This document shows, piece after piece, positions 20,061 through 30,247 of a DNA stretch of 64,000 nucleotides. Source of the stretch: Craspedostauros australis (lineage: Eukaryota); assembly GCA_030167865.1 (NCBI GenBank), contig JALAGF010002306.1, positions 1-64,000 on the forward strand. The letters are read 5' to 3'. Made by a program: the position numbers and the translations under genes. The notes under the pieces were generated by a model. That model ran no database searches and was not told the origin of the DNA. It worked only from the letters and a program-made list of their open reading frames with translations. Numbering within the stretch: position 1 is the first letter of the stretch; every line of letters starts with the position of its first letter.

Positions 20061-21179
20061 CTATGCAAACTTGTAACCGCTGTGCTTTTCGCATTCATCC
20101 CACAATGCCTTGGTGATGGCGGCAGTGTCTTCCGCTGGTGGAAGCCTTGGTTCCACCGCCCTATATCCGACGTACGGCCCCAGGATCTCGAACAGCGGCC
20201 ATGCGGGACCTTTCTTGTTTGGCAACCACAGAGGCTGCAGGTAGGTGACGCTGGAAGGCCAGTCCGTCTTCACGGCGGCCGCCACGGAGGGCGCCGAACC
20301 CTGCTTCGATGTCAGGTACAGGACCTTGACGATGCGCTGGACCATGGGCCCGAAGCTCCTCCAGATGTCGGTGGCGCAGGAACCTGGATTGACAGTCATG
20401 GTCTTGATGCCATGCGACTTCCCGTACCGACGGCTCAGCTCGTTGCTGAAGAGGATCGCCGCGAGCTTGGACGCAGAGTACATGTCGGTGAGGTCGTACG
20501 TGGTCTGGATCTCGCCCTTCTCCGGAGGCTGGTAGAAGATCATCTTCCTCCAAAACTCAGCATTCTTGTCTTCGCTGCTGGTGAAGTGGTGCATGACGGA
20601 CGAAAGGTTGATGATCCTGCCACCTCGCATCTTCTCGAGCAGCTGCTGGGTCAGCACGAAATGACCCAGGAAGTTGGCGCAGAACATCAGATCGAAGTTA
20701 CCTGCTGCCCGCCCCGAGGAATTGATGCCGGCATTGTTGATGAGCACGTCGATGTTGCGACCACTGTATTGTTTCTTGACACAGTTCGCGAATGCTTCGG
20801 CGGAATCGAAATCCGCCAAATCCAAAATCGTATCCAAGACGACGGCCTTGCCACCGGATGTGGCCTCGGCGTTGATGGCGTCCATCGCCCGGATGGCCTT
20901 GTCCTTGGATCGGCACGCCAGCACCACCTCCCAGCCGTAATCCACAACCAACGTTCTTGCCGTTTCGTATCCGAGGCCAGTGTTGCTGCCTGTCACAATG
21001 GCGAGCTTGGCACGATTCTCTGCCGTGCTTGCTGGCAGTGCGCGGACGACGTTGCGACGCTGGAGGATTGCGTAGATCCAGACGTGTGAGAGGACAGAGT
21101 ACGGCATCGCCATCCCGAGGAGGAATGTCGCGAATGCATTCTGGCTGTAGTACGGTTGCTTTGCTCGGATGGTCGACAT
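20061..21179 (-). CDS. Short-chain dehydrogenase/reductase (retinol dehydrogenase/WWOX-like), copy A
   Basis: TGSNTGLG cofactor motif, LACRS, NNAG, NFLGHF, NLSS, catalytic YSASK, VNPG. First ATG at 21179. Confidence 0.92.
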   Translation of the reverse strand: MSTIRAKQPYYSQNAFATFLLGMAMPYSVLSHVWIYAILQRRNVVRALPASTAENRAKLAIVTGSNTGLGYETARTLVVDYGWEVVLACRSKDKAIRAMDAINAEATSGGKAVVLDTILDLADFDSAEAFANCVKKQYSGRNIDVLINNAGINSSGRAAGNFDLMFCANFLGHFVLTQQLLEKMRGGRIINLSSVMHHFTSSEDKNAEFWRKMIFYQPPEKGEIQTTYDLTDMYSASKLAAILFSNELSRRYGKSHGIKTMTVNPGSCATDIWRSFGPMVQRIVKVLYLTSKQGSAPSVAAAVKTDWPSSVTYLQPLWLPNKKGPAWPLFEILGPYVGYRAVEPRLPPAEDTAAITKALWDECEKHSGYKFA

Positions 21180-21919
21180 GGTGAATGTTCTGATGGCGTG
21201 GATCGCGTCGTATCTTTGCGGTTTTGGCGCGGCTCTCAACTCTCGTGTGTGCTTTGTGGTGGCGGCAATGTGTTCTGCGTGATCAATCTCGGCTGACTGC
21301 TCTTCCTCTTGAGGTCATTACTATGCAACGACACTCTGCAGCGACGGGAATTATGAGCATCGAGGATGGGGGCGTCGATGTTGGGAGCGATGCCAGGAAC
21401 ACAAGAAGCGATGGCATCAAGAACAACAACAGCAACAGAAGCGACAACGGTGATGGCGCCGAGCGCGGAAGAAAAGGAACAGTGGGGGATCGGCAAGGGT
21501 CACAATTTCCGCTTTGCGTTCGCATCCGTATCCGCGACAAAGAAGGGCGAATCTGGAATGGCAGAAAAGCTGCGCCTCATCCAGTACCCTGAGCTCCCCA
21601 GATCATCACTGGGAGCTTGATGGCCTAAAGTCCCTGTTACGTCTACGCGCCACACCTGTGCGAGCGTCTGTTGTCTTTTGTATCGGTATGGCTATGGTAC
21701 ATGTAATAGCTCGTGTGCAAGTGCCACATGATCGATGTTCCTCATAGAATGATTTGGCATCAGATGACAGCTGTTTGTGGTTCCAGAGATGCTCTGCTTC
21801 AATCCGAAGTCTCTACTGTTGAATCTACCCGTCCACGCACGTCTAATATGCCGGGCCAATGTCCGGGGCGCGCAAGATCGAGGCACTATCGCACTATCAT
21901 ACTACGAGGCGTGCACGCT

Positions 21920-23206
21920 CTAGCTGAACTTGTAGCCGCTATGCTCTTCGCATGCATCCCACAAGGCCCCCGCCATGGCGTTGCTCTGTTGTGGTGGCGG
22001 CAGCCTTGGTTCCGCCACTGCATACCCGACATACGGCGCCAAGATCTCGGACAGCGGGAATGCGGGGCCTTCCTTGTTCGGCAACCACAGCGGCTGCAAG
22101 TAGGTGACGCTGGAAGACCAATGCTGCTGGACAGCGGCCGCCACGGAAGGCACAGAACCCTGCTTCGGTGTCAGGTACACCTTGTCGGTGATCTGCGTGA
22201 TCCACCGCGGGAACGTTCTCCAAATATCGCTGGAGCAGGCACCTGGATTCACGGACATGGACTTGATGCCGTGCGACTTCCCGTATCGACGATTCAGCTC
22301 GTTGGTGAAGAGGATCGCCGCAAGCTTGGAGGCGGAATAGGTCTCGGCAGGCTGCGACGGTTGATGCAAGATCATGGAGTTCCAGTATTTGGCTGTCTTC
22401 CTCTTTTCGGTCCCCGCAAAATGGTGCATGACGGAGGAAAGGTTGATGATCCTGCCACCCCGCAGCTTCTCCAGCAACTGCTGCGTCAGCACAAAATGAC
22501 CCAGGAAGTTGGCGCGGAACAGGAGATCGAACTTTCCCGATTGGCCCGATGTGTTGCGCCCGGCATTGTTGATGAGCACATCGACGGGCCGTTCATCGTA
22601 GTGCTCCTTGATGTTGTTGGAAAATGCTTCGATGGAGTCAAAGTCGGTCAAGTCCAGAGGCACGTCCAGAACCACAGCCTTGCCATCCGATTGGGCCTCC
22701 ATGTTGATGGCATCCATCGCCCGGACGGCCTTGTCCTTGGATCGGCACGCCAGCACCACCTCCCAACCGTAATCCACAACCAACGTCCTTGCCGTTTCGT
22801 ATCCGATGCCGGTGTTGCTGCCCGTCACAATGGCGAGCTTGGAACTATTCTCTGCCGTACGTGCTGGTAACGCGTTGACGATGTTGCTGCGCCGCTGGAT
22901 CCCAAACACCCAAACGTGCGACACAGCAGCATACACCACCGACATCGGCGTGAAGAACATCCCGAATGCGACGCTGCCGTAGTACGGTTGCTGCACGGAT
23001 GCGTTCCACAACGTGGCGATCATGACTGGCAGGAGCACGAGCAGGCGTTTCCAATGCCGGCTGTAACGCTGTTCCATGCGATCTCCTCTTCCTTGATCTT
23101 TGGCGTGCTTCTTCGAGCTTGAGCGTTTCGACTGTCGTCGTGGCTGTCGATGTCGTATGCGGCGCGTGACGGTTGGTGGGCCTCCAGCGATTGGTTTTCC
23201 TGGCAT
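21920..23206 (-). CDS. Short-chain dehydrogenase/reductase, copy B (tandem paralog with longer N-terminus)
   Basis: TGSNTGIG, NNAG, NFLGHF, YSASK, VNPG; colinear with copy A. Start uncertain (ATG at 23206 or 23077). Confidence 0.9.
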   Translation of the reverse strand: MPGKPIAGGPPTVTRRIRHRQPRRQSKRSSSKKHAKDQGRGDRMEQRYSRHWKRLLVLLPVMIATLWNASVQQPYYGSVAFGMFFTPMSVVYAAVSHVWVFGIQRRSNIVNALPARTAENSSKLAIVTGSNTGIGYETARTLVVDYGWEVVLACRSKDKAVRAMDAINMEAQSDGKAVVLDVPLDLTDFDSIEAFSNNIKEHYDERPVDVLINNAGRNTSGQSGKFDLLFRANFLGHFVLTQQLLEKLRGGRIINLSSVMHHFAGTEKRKTAKYWNSMILHQPSQPAETYSASKLAAILFTNELNRRYGKSHGIKSMSVNPGACSSDIWRTFPRWITQITDKVYLTPKQGSVPSVAAAVQQHWSSSVTYLQPLWLPNKEGPAFPLSEILAPYVGYAVAEPRLPPPQQSNAMAGALWDACEEHSGYKFS

Positions 23207-24275
23207 CTCTCCCCAGAGTAGTCGTAGTCGTACGTATGCAAAGATGTAAGCGCGATGGTGACAGAAGGAGCGGCAACGATGATGGTGTCGATGTTGGTGA
23301 CAATGGGAATGGGTGGATGGATGGATGGCATTGAATGTGTGGGTGAGTGGAGGAGGAGACGATGTTTGGTGTCGGAAGATCCTTCTGTGTGGTGAATGAC
23401 TGTGCTTCTTCATTTCGGCCACGACGAGTCCCGGAACATTGATCTTGGTTCGTTTCTCGCTTGGCACTCTCGTAGACAGATCCATGTGAGTGTAGAGACC
23501 TCTTCGACCAATGGATGGACAGCCGAATTCCGCGTTTCTGTCAAAACACGAATCATGGCGGGTCTGTTGGAGGCAGAAAGAAACAAGGAGGCGCAGAAGA
23601 TCGAGAACTGTTCCCACACTTTCTTGGAGCTCATCACCGAAGCCTCTGCAGAGTCCTTGCGTGGCACTCGTAGTTTCTATTATACTTTGCCATGCACTAG
23701 ATTACACCTTCATTGTCTACCATACATTGTGGAGGCACCGATGGATTTGATGCTGAGAGTGTGGACATGTTATGCGACGCTGTCTTGGTTTCAATGGGAG
23801 TTCCCCCTCTGCTTCGTTCATTCATGTAGTCGTCAATTTCGTTCATTCAATCGTTCATGCGTCCGTTTCGCCAAAGACTCCGAGCACGTAACTCCCTCTC
23901 AAGTGTAGAAGGCCCGCATCGCTGGCTTATGGCTGCGTCATCCGAGTATATCATTGTGGTTGCTTCCGTTGCGTTGTTCGTCTTGATCTGTTCCCATGGC
24001 TGATCCAAGCCATGGGCATTTGTTTCTTGCCACTCTCAATCGTTCAAATTTCCTGATTCTGATCTTGACCATGACAGCCAAACTGCCCACTTTCTCCATT
24101 TCTCTTCATCAAGCCCAGGCAAACACTCGGAACATATATGCACATCTACATGCACGTGCGCCCGCGGTTGTGTTCAGTTGCCCGCATAACTTGGGCACGT
24201 ACGCATCCACGTCCATGCATGGTGCTGATGGTTCATTCGTGTGTGCGTTCGTCCTCTCATTCTTCTCGTCATTGC

Positions 24276-24578
24276 TCACGCAATGGTGCCCTGAACAATC
24301 GGGTGATTGGATGACGGGCCATCCGCGTCCAGGTGCTTGCTATTGCCATCTTTCTTGACGGGCGACCATCCTGTGAAGTACGATGCCTTGCATGCCTGCT
24401 TGCAGGATTCGCAGTAGATCATCTTGTTGACGTCCTCTCCCGTTCTGAAGAATCCGAACAGGCGCAGCTCCGATCTCGTTTCGTACAGATCCACGCCGTC
24501 CTCATCGCAGAACTGGCATGTTCCCACATCCGTTTCGATCAGCATGCGGTTGCTGGAGCGGTTGGCGAAAATGAACAT
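24276..24578 (-). CDS. Small putative zinc-ribbon protein (two CxxC pairs)
   Basis: MFIFA...GTCQFCD...RSELRLFGFFRT...MIYCESCKQ. The layout MF.F...CxxC...R....LFF.....Y.CxxC resembles zinc_ribbon_15. ATG at 24578. Confidence 0.65.
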   Translation of the reverse strand: MFIFANRSSNRMLIETDVGTCQFCDEDGVDLYETRSELRLFGFFRTGEDVNKMIYCESCKQACKASYFTGWSPVKKDGNSKHLDADGPSSNHPIVQGTIA

Positions 24579-25304
24579 GGCGATCGTTGTTGATGGTGGT
24601 GGAGTCTCTCCTGTTATCGTTGTGTGATTGCTCTCGGTTGGTCGATGATTGCGAGCGCTATCTTCAGTTGTTTTGTGTGAGCGCGTTTGTGCGCGCCCAA
24701 ACTGCCCACATTGTGCTGTCCACGCCACCGGACGCGCCATGGTTGATGCTCGTTTGTGTGGAGTTCTCGTTGGTCTTCTCCACCTTCATTGTTTCGTTGC
24801 ACGTTTGTCACGTCGCCGTTGTGGGACAGAGAACAGCGAGCGCATCGCGCGTCGGAGGATTCGGTTTGTCGTTCGAGTCGGATGTATCGACCAACGCCTC
24901 CATCATTTGGGGAAACGGGAATGGCGCCAATCATCCATTGACGCCTGAATACGTACTTATTCACGTTGAAGCTTGTTCGTGACTGACGTCAAGCCAATCC
25001 ATCACAAAACAGAGAAGCGAGTCATCACCACACAAGACAAAAGACATCACCGTGACAAACGCGATGATCGTGTTGCCACCACATCACTTCTTTCCCTCTT
25101 TCCTGTTGGAGACAGACCTCATCCGTTCTCTTCTCCACCCATCAAGTGTGGTAGGGGCACTTGCATAGTACGACTACGAGTACACACCAGCGACGGGGCA
25201 TCAAGGAAGGCATCGCTGTCCCAGGCGAGACATTCAGTTGTTGATGCTCGAACCATCAAGCACACACAAATTGTGGAGAAGAGTGATACAACGCAGCTCT
25301 CATC

Positions 25305-26645
25305 ATGCTGATCTCAGCCAACTTGCGATCGCTGCTGTTGGTGGTGGTGCTGTCAACGACGTTGTTCGTTGGCACATTGTCCGAACATGCTGAAGTGGCT
25401 GCATCGGCGCCGCTTGCGACAACGGCATCCATTGCAACGCCATCAAAGCCCATAGTGGCATCGCAGTATTCCAATCCAGCCTCAAATGACCCATCCTCAC
25501 CACCCACGCAGGTGTACGTACCGCCACCGCCCAGCGCTACTGTTGCTGCTCCCACGCGAGCGCATGTGTCGGGGCCAGATTCCCCGCGCCAATTTCTGGC
25601 GGATCTGGATGGGTTGAAAACCCTGAATGGGTCCATTCCCGTCCTGACACCGACACATTCGTCTCGCGATTCGTCGTACACGAAGACGTGGAAGAATGAG
25701 GATTGGGATAAGTACCAGCTGGAAGCATTTGCGAGGTACCACACGCACCTGAGGTCATGGCCGAGGTCGCCGACGGCCAAGGCCGTTGTGCCGGCCGTCC
25801 TCACCTTCGTATTGTGGTCGTTGCTGATTTCGTTGATCACCAGCCACATTCCGATCATCAGCAACTTCATCACGAAGTCGTCATTCTCGGTGGGCATCTC
25901 CTCCTTCTCCTCGCCTATCGCGCTGCTGCTGGCGTTGCGGACCAACCGGGCGTTGAATCGCCTGCTCGAGGCCAGAAGCATGTTCGGTATCATGGCGAGG
26001 GCGAGTGGTTCCTTGGCCGGCCTCACGACGACCTACGCCTACAAGGTCGACAAAGAGAAGACGTTGCTGCTGAGCCGCTACCTCTCCATCTTCGGTTGGG
26101 CCATGAAGTCCATCCTGCGCGACGAGGACGACCAGATGGTGTACCGCACCGTTCTGCCGCAATCCGAGATCGATTGGATCGAAGGTAACACGGTCGACAC
26201 GCCCACCTGCATCATCCTGCGCATCCGACAACTCGTGTCGACGATGATCGAGGATATTCCGCTGGCGGCCTCGAGCGCCATGGAGGCACGCATAAGCGAC
26301 CTGGAGGTCACGATGGGGGTTTGCAAGCGGCTGCTGGGAAGTCCCATTCCACCCACCTACACGCGGCATACATCGCGCGTGCTGTGCTTGTTTTTGGGCC
26401 TGTTGCCGCTCGCGCTCGTTTCCGCCAAGGTGTCACCGATGGCGATCGTCATCATCGTGGCGCTGTTGGGGTACGTGTTCGTCGGCATTGACGAGATCGG
26501 TGTTGAGATCGAGAATCCGTTCCCGTTGCTGCCGATGTACCATCTGGCATCGACGATCCAACGTAACGTGGTGAATCAAGTCTTCATGATGGATCAGCAG
26601 CAGCAGCAGCAGCAGCAGCAGCAAACGAAAGTGCCACAATTTTGA
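25305..26645 (+). CDS. Bestrophin-like anion channel (YneE/VCCN/BST type) with N-terminal signal peptide
   Basis: LLLALRTNRALNRLLEAR, CKRLLGSPIPPTYTRHTSRVL, GIDEIGVEIENPF; four hydrophobic helices; poly-Gln tail. Confidence 0.92.
   Translation: MLISANLRSLLLVVVLSTTLFVGTLSEHAEVAASAPLATTASIATPSKPIVASQYSNPASNDPSSPPTQVYVPPPPSATVAAPTRAHVSGPDSPRQFLADLDGLKTLNGSIPVLTPTHSSRDSSYTKTWKNEDWDKYQLEAFARYHTHLRSWPRSPTAKAVVPAVLTFVLWSLLISLITSHIPIISNFITKSSFSVGISSFSSPIALLLALRTNRALNRLLEARSMFGIMARASGSLAGLTTTYAYKVDKEKTLLLSRYLSIFGWAMKSILRDEDDQMVYRTVLPQSEIDWIEGNTVDTPTCIILRIRQLVSTMIEDIPLAASSAMEARISDLEVTMGVCKRLLGSPIPPTYTRHTSRVLCLFLGLLPLALVSAKVSPMAIVIIVALLGYVFVGIDEIGVEIENPFPLLPMYHLASTIQRNVVNQVFMMDQQQQQQQQQQTKVPQF
26595..26624 (+). 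repeat. (CAG)n coding repeat (poly-Gln)
   Basis: Nine CAG plus CAA at the 3' end of the bestrophin ORF. Confidence 0.95.
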
Positions 26646-27328
26646 TGGATCATGCTACATTGCTGCGATGCATTAATTCACGGGACAACAAAAATCCACA
26701 GAAAAGACGACTCTGCAGAGACAACAAACGCTAGATAAAAACGACAAGGTCAACACTCAACTGTTACTCCATGGTACATGCATAGTGTGCTGTACTACAG
26801 TCGACTCTAGATATCGTCATTGTAGATGACGTTTGAATGAAGGTTTCGTCGAAAGGATTGCGATGTGATGCGATGCTAACACAGGGAACATAGAGAATGT
26901 TGAGTTCTTGATGGGTCTTGGTGGGAATCACGAGGTCGTCTCCATTCACGATGCGCTTCGATCGGTACAAACACAAAACTCGAGGAAGCAAAGGCACGAA
27001 CACAACAAGAAGAGGCGAGAACAAGATGGGCCGAAGAAGATGCAGAACCCGAGTGGATGCCGTTGGCCCTGTTTGTTGGCAACACAGAGCGACCTTCTTC
27101 CACGAGCATCACAGATCGTGAAGTCACAAACCGAAGCAACAGGAGAAGGGAAGCTGAACCAGAACATACTCGCACGACTACTCGTATCACATGCCAATCA
27201 CAGATCACAGACCACAGGACGCATAATAGAACCGAGAACACAAGGGAGATGCAGCAGCAAGAGCAAGCAGTCATAATTTCAAAAGCAGACCAACCTCAAA
27301 TCATCGAAGCGTAGATCAGAGCAAGACG

Positions 27329-27376
27329 ACAAGCAATACAACAAGCAATACAACAAGCAATACAACAAGCAATACA
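27329..27376. repeat. 12-bp minisatellite (ACAAGCAATACA)x4
   Basis: Four exact tandem copies upstream of the ORF at 27542. Confidence 0.95.
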
Positions 27377-27541
27377 ACGAGCATCAGTCGCAACACAACC
27401 GCCAAGCACCACACACCCGAAGAGTCAACCATCACATTCCCACAAAGTAACAGCGACAGTGATAGCGACAGTGATAGCGACCCCACCAGAGATCCCACAG
27501 ATACAACACCCACACACGAATACGCAAACACAACCACAAAC

Positions 27542-27874
27542 ATGATTTGCAACCTCTCCTTCTCGACAGACCACGAGAGGCTCGTCATCGGCAAATTCTC
27601 GCTCAGCGGTCCCCAACAGCTGAAGACGAACGTCGTGGAAAAGATGAAGGAATCGGTGGAAGACTTTCAATTCGATCGATGGGAGGGCAATCGTTGCCTC
27701 CTCGCGAACAAGATCGATATTCACATCCTCATCAAGGCCATGGTGGATCTGGGCTGGACCATAGATCACATGGCCATGTCGCTGCACCCCACATCGCCGA
27801 CAGACATCGAAATCCACAGCTATGTGCTCTCCAAGAAGACGCCGTCGAATTCGCTCAAGTTGTTCGGGTCGTAA
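27542..27874 (+). CDS. Small hypothetical protein (110 aa)
   Basis: ATG in caaacATG context after a CA-rich leader; C/G-ending codons like neighbouring genes; globular-looking composition. No family recognised. Confidence 0.65.
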   Translation: MICNLSFSTDHERLVIGKFSLSGPQQLKTNVVEKMKESVEDFQFDRWEGNRCLLANKIDIHILIKAMVDLGWTIDHMAMSLHPTSPTDIEIHSYVLSKKTPSNSLKLFGS

Positions 27875-28421
27875 GTACTTTGGGGACATTGGTGATAGCG
27901 CATGCGCTCTTGTGGACGCCGTGTTAAATTGGAGATGGTGCGGTACATGCTACCGCGATTCTCTCAGTACTATGATTACGCCGAAAGATCATGGAGGAAG
28001 GGACGACAGATGCTTCAGAAGATGAAGGATGCAGAGGCGTCTTGAACACACTGTGCTCCGTTGGAGCATCAACAAGCGTGAAGTTTCTACACAAGGAAGC
28101 GCATGCACTTCAGTCGTGCAAAACTTGGTGGTCGCACGGCGCCCTCTCCAAGGAGAGACAGTACATCGTGCTGCCACAGGCAGAATGCGCATTCCCTTGA
28201 CGCATGCATGTGTGCATGCCATACGATAGCGCATGCGCTAATATCGTAGCGTTCATGTCAAAGTGACAACCATAGCACAAGTCTGGACTTTCTCTCTCTC
28301 TCTCACTTGCTCTCTACCATGTTAAGTTCGCACATTCGTACCGTAATCACGTATACATGTACGTGCAAATCAATTGCTGCCTCCAATTTGTTGCTACAAA
28401 CTACCATGCCCCACCTAGCAT

Positions 28422-29321
28422 CTACTTGACGGAAGTCGTATTCTCCGTCATGAGCACATATTCCCGCTTCGATCTACCGAACGTCACCACATCACCCTTC
28501 CTCAGTTGGTAGTACCGCGCAGAGTCGATCTTCACACCGTTCAGGAAGGTCCCGCTCTCCGATTCCAAATCCATAATGTACGGCTGACAAGACACCCGCG
28601 TCGGATCACTCTTCAACGGCAAGGCACGATACTGCAGCACGGCATGCTGCTCACTCAACGACTCATGCTCAAATGGAATATCCGCGATCTCCACGTTCCC
28701 ACCAATCAAGTAGGCGGACTGCTTCGAAATATGCAGCGTCTCAAGCGTATCCTTGCCCTCGAAGACGTAGAATCGCCATTGCGTATTGGGTGCGCGCGCT
28801 TCGGCAGGTTCCTGGAATTTCAGCAGCACGCCCTTGTACATCTTGCCGCCGGTTTCGGTGTCCTTGGCCAGCGCACCGGATAGTCCGAAGTTGGCCTTGT
28901 GCTTGGGTTTTGGCTTTTCGACGGGCTCAGCTTCGGCCGGTGGTGCAGTCTCCTTGGCATGATGATCATCATCATCGCGACGACGACGCTTGTCGTCGTG
29001 CTCGGGACGCGATCCCCATCTCTTGCGGCGACCTTCGCTACGATTTCCTTCCGATCGTCTGTCGCGGCTGTTGTCATTGTTCCTATCGTCGCGACGATGG
29101 TCGTTGTTGCGTCCGTCGGGTCGTCGGTTGGTATCTGCTTTGCCTTCATTCTCGCGCTGGCGCTTGCGATCGTTGGCGGATGCCAGCAATGCCTTCAACG
29201 CATCGTCGTCCGTCACTTGCGTGGGCTGACTTCGTTGGCGGTTGTCGTTGTCACGATGATGGCGGCGACCACCGGAGTCCCGGCGATTGCTGTCGCCCCA
29301 TCGGCTGCGGCGGGAGCTCAT
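28422..29321 (-). CDS. SNIP1: FHA-domain protein, SNIP1/Pml1/DAWDLE family (RES complex)
   Basis: Arg/Asp-rich N-terminus, then ANFGLSGALAKDT, YKGVLLKFQEPAEARAP..WRFYVF, QSAYLIG, SLSEQHAVLQYR, PYIMDLES..GTFLN, FGRSKREYVL. Confidence 0.9.
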   Translation of the reverse strand: MSSRRSRWGDSNRRDSGGRRHHRDNDNRQRSQPTQVTDDDALKALLASANDRKRQRENEGKADTNRRPDGRNNDHRRDDRNNDNSRDRRSEGNRSEGRRKRWGSRPEHDDKRRRRDDDDHHAKETAPPAEAEPVEKPKPKHKANFGLSGALAKDTETGGKMYKGVLLKFQEPAEARAPNTQWRFYVFEGKDTLETLHISKQSAYLIGGNVEIADIPFEHESLSEQHAVLQYRALPLKSDPTRVSCQPYIMDLESESGTFLNGVKIDSARYYQLRKGDVVTFGRSKREYVLMTENTTSVK

Positions 29322-30247
29322 GGTGTAATCAGTTCAATTCGACTCTTGGGGAAGGCTTGACGGTGCAGGCGCGAGGGAAGTCCAAGAGAGAAGTGCGAGT
29401 ATGAATCCGAACGCCCTGAAGTGAGGCGAAGGGCATTGCGATGTCGGGAATGTGGTGCAGTGTGAGGTGTGTGTTCCTCCATTGGTGTGTTGTACCGTGT
29501 TTTGTGTTCATCGTTGTGCGTTTTTGGTGGTTGGTCTTGGATGTGCGAAGTCTGTCCATCATCCGTGCTCATCGAAATAGTATCCTTTTCCGTGCCCGAG
29601 AAGTCCCGCCAAAAAATGGTCACAAGAGGATCATGATCTCCACGTTCTGGACTGAGCGTGTTCGTCCCTTTCTCCCTCGACGTGATCACAACATCCCTCT
29701 TGTACGTATCTTTGGGATGGCGAGAAAGCGACAGAGATAGAGGCAGTTGGCTACACTCCCATCGGAAAGGCGCATACTCGTGCAATAATTGTACCAGCTG
29801 CGTTCATACTCGAAGGCACGTAGTCGAAGAGACACTGACGACAGCTGCATCAACCTCGGCGTGTTGGGTGGAGGAGAACAGGTGACAGGCGATCTGCGAG
29901 TATTGCACCAGCAAGCCTCTACAATTCTCATCAAGGGGACCACCAACCTGTCCACAAAAGTGCGGTTGGAGATCCTCGTTTTTTACTTGCCCTTGGCTGT
30001 TCTTCGCCACTCTCTTGATTCGCCAATTCTTCGTCCTTGGCTTCATTCCGAGATCGACTTGTGAGCGAGCCTGTGAGCTTGTGAATACCCGTGGACGGCT
30101 GGAGCACCATGAACTTCGCCGTTCACCAAAGACTTCGGTCCAAAACTACCATGACCCCTGTCTCCTTGCCCATCCTTCCTCTTACTTGACTCGACCATCC
30201 AACGCGTTGATGTTCAAAACCCAAAACGAAACCAAAGGGAATCCAAC

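Noticed and set aside
29400..30247. Possible LTR or primer-binding site for the gag relic
   Set aside because: I found no matching direct repeat downstream and no convincing tRNA-complementary site.
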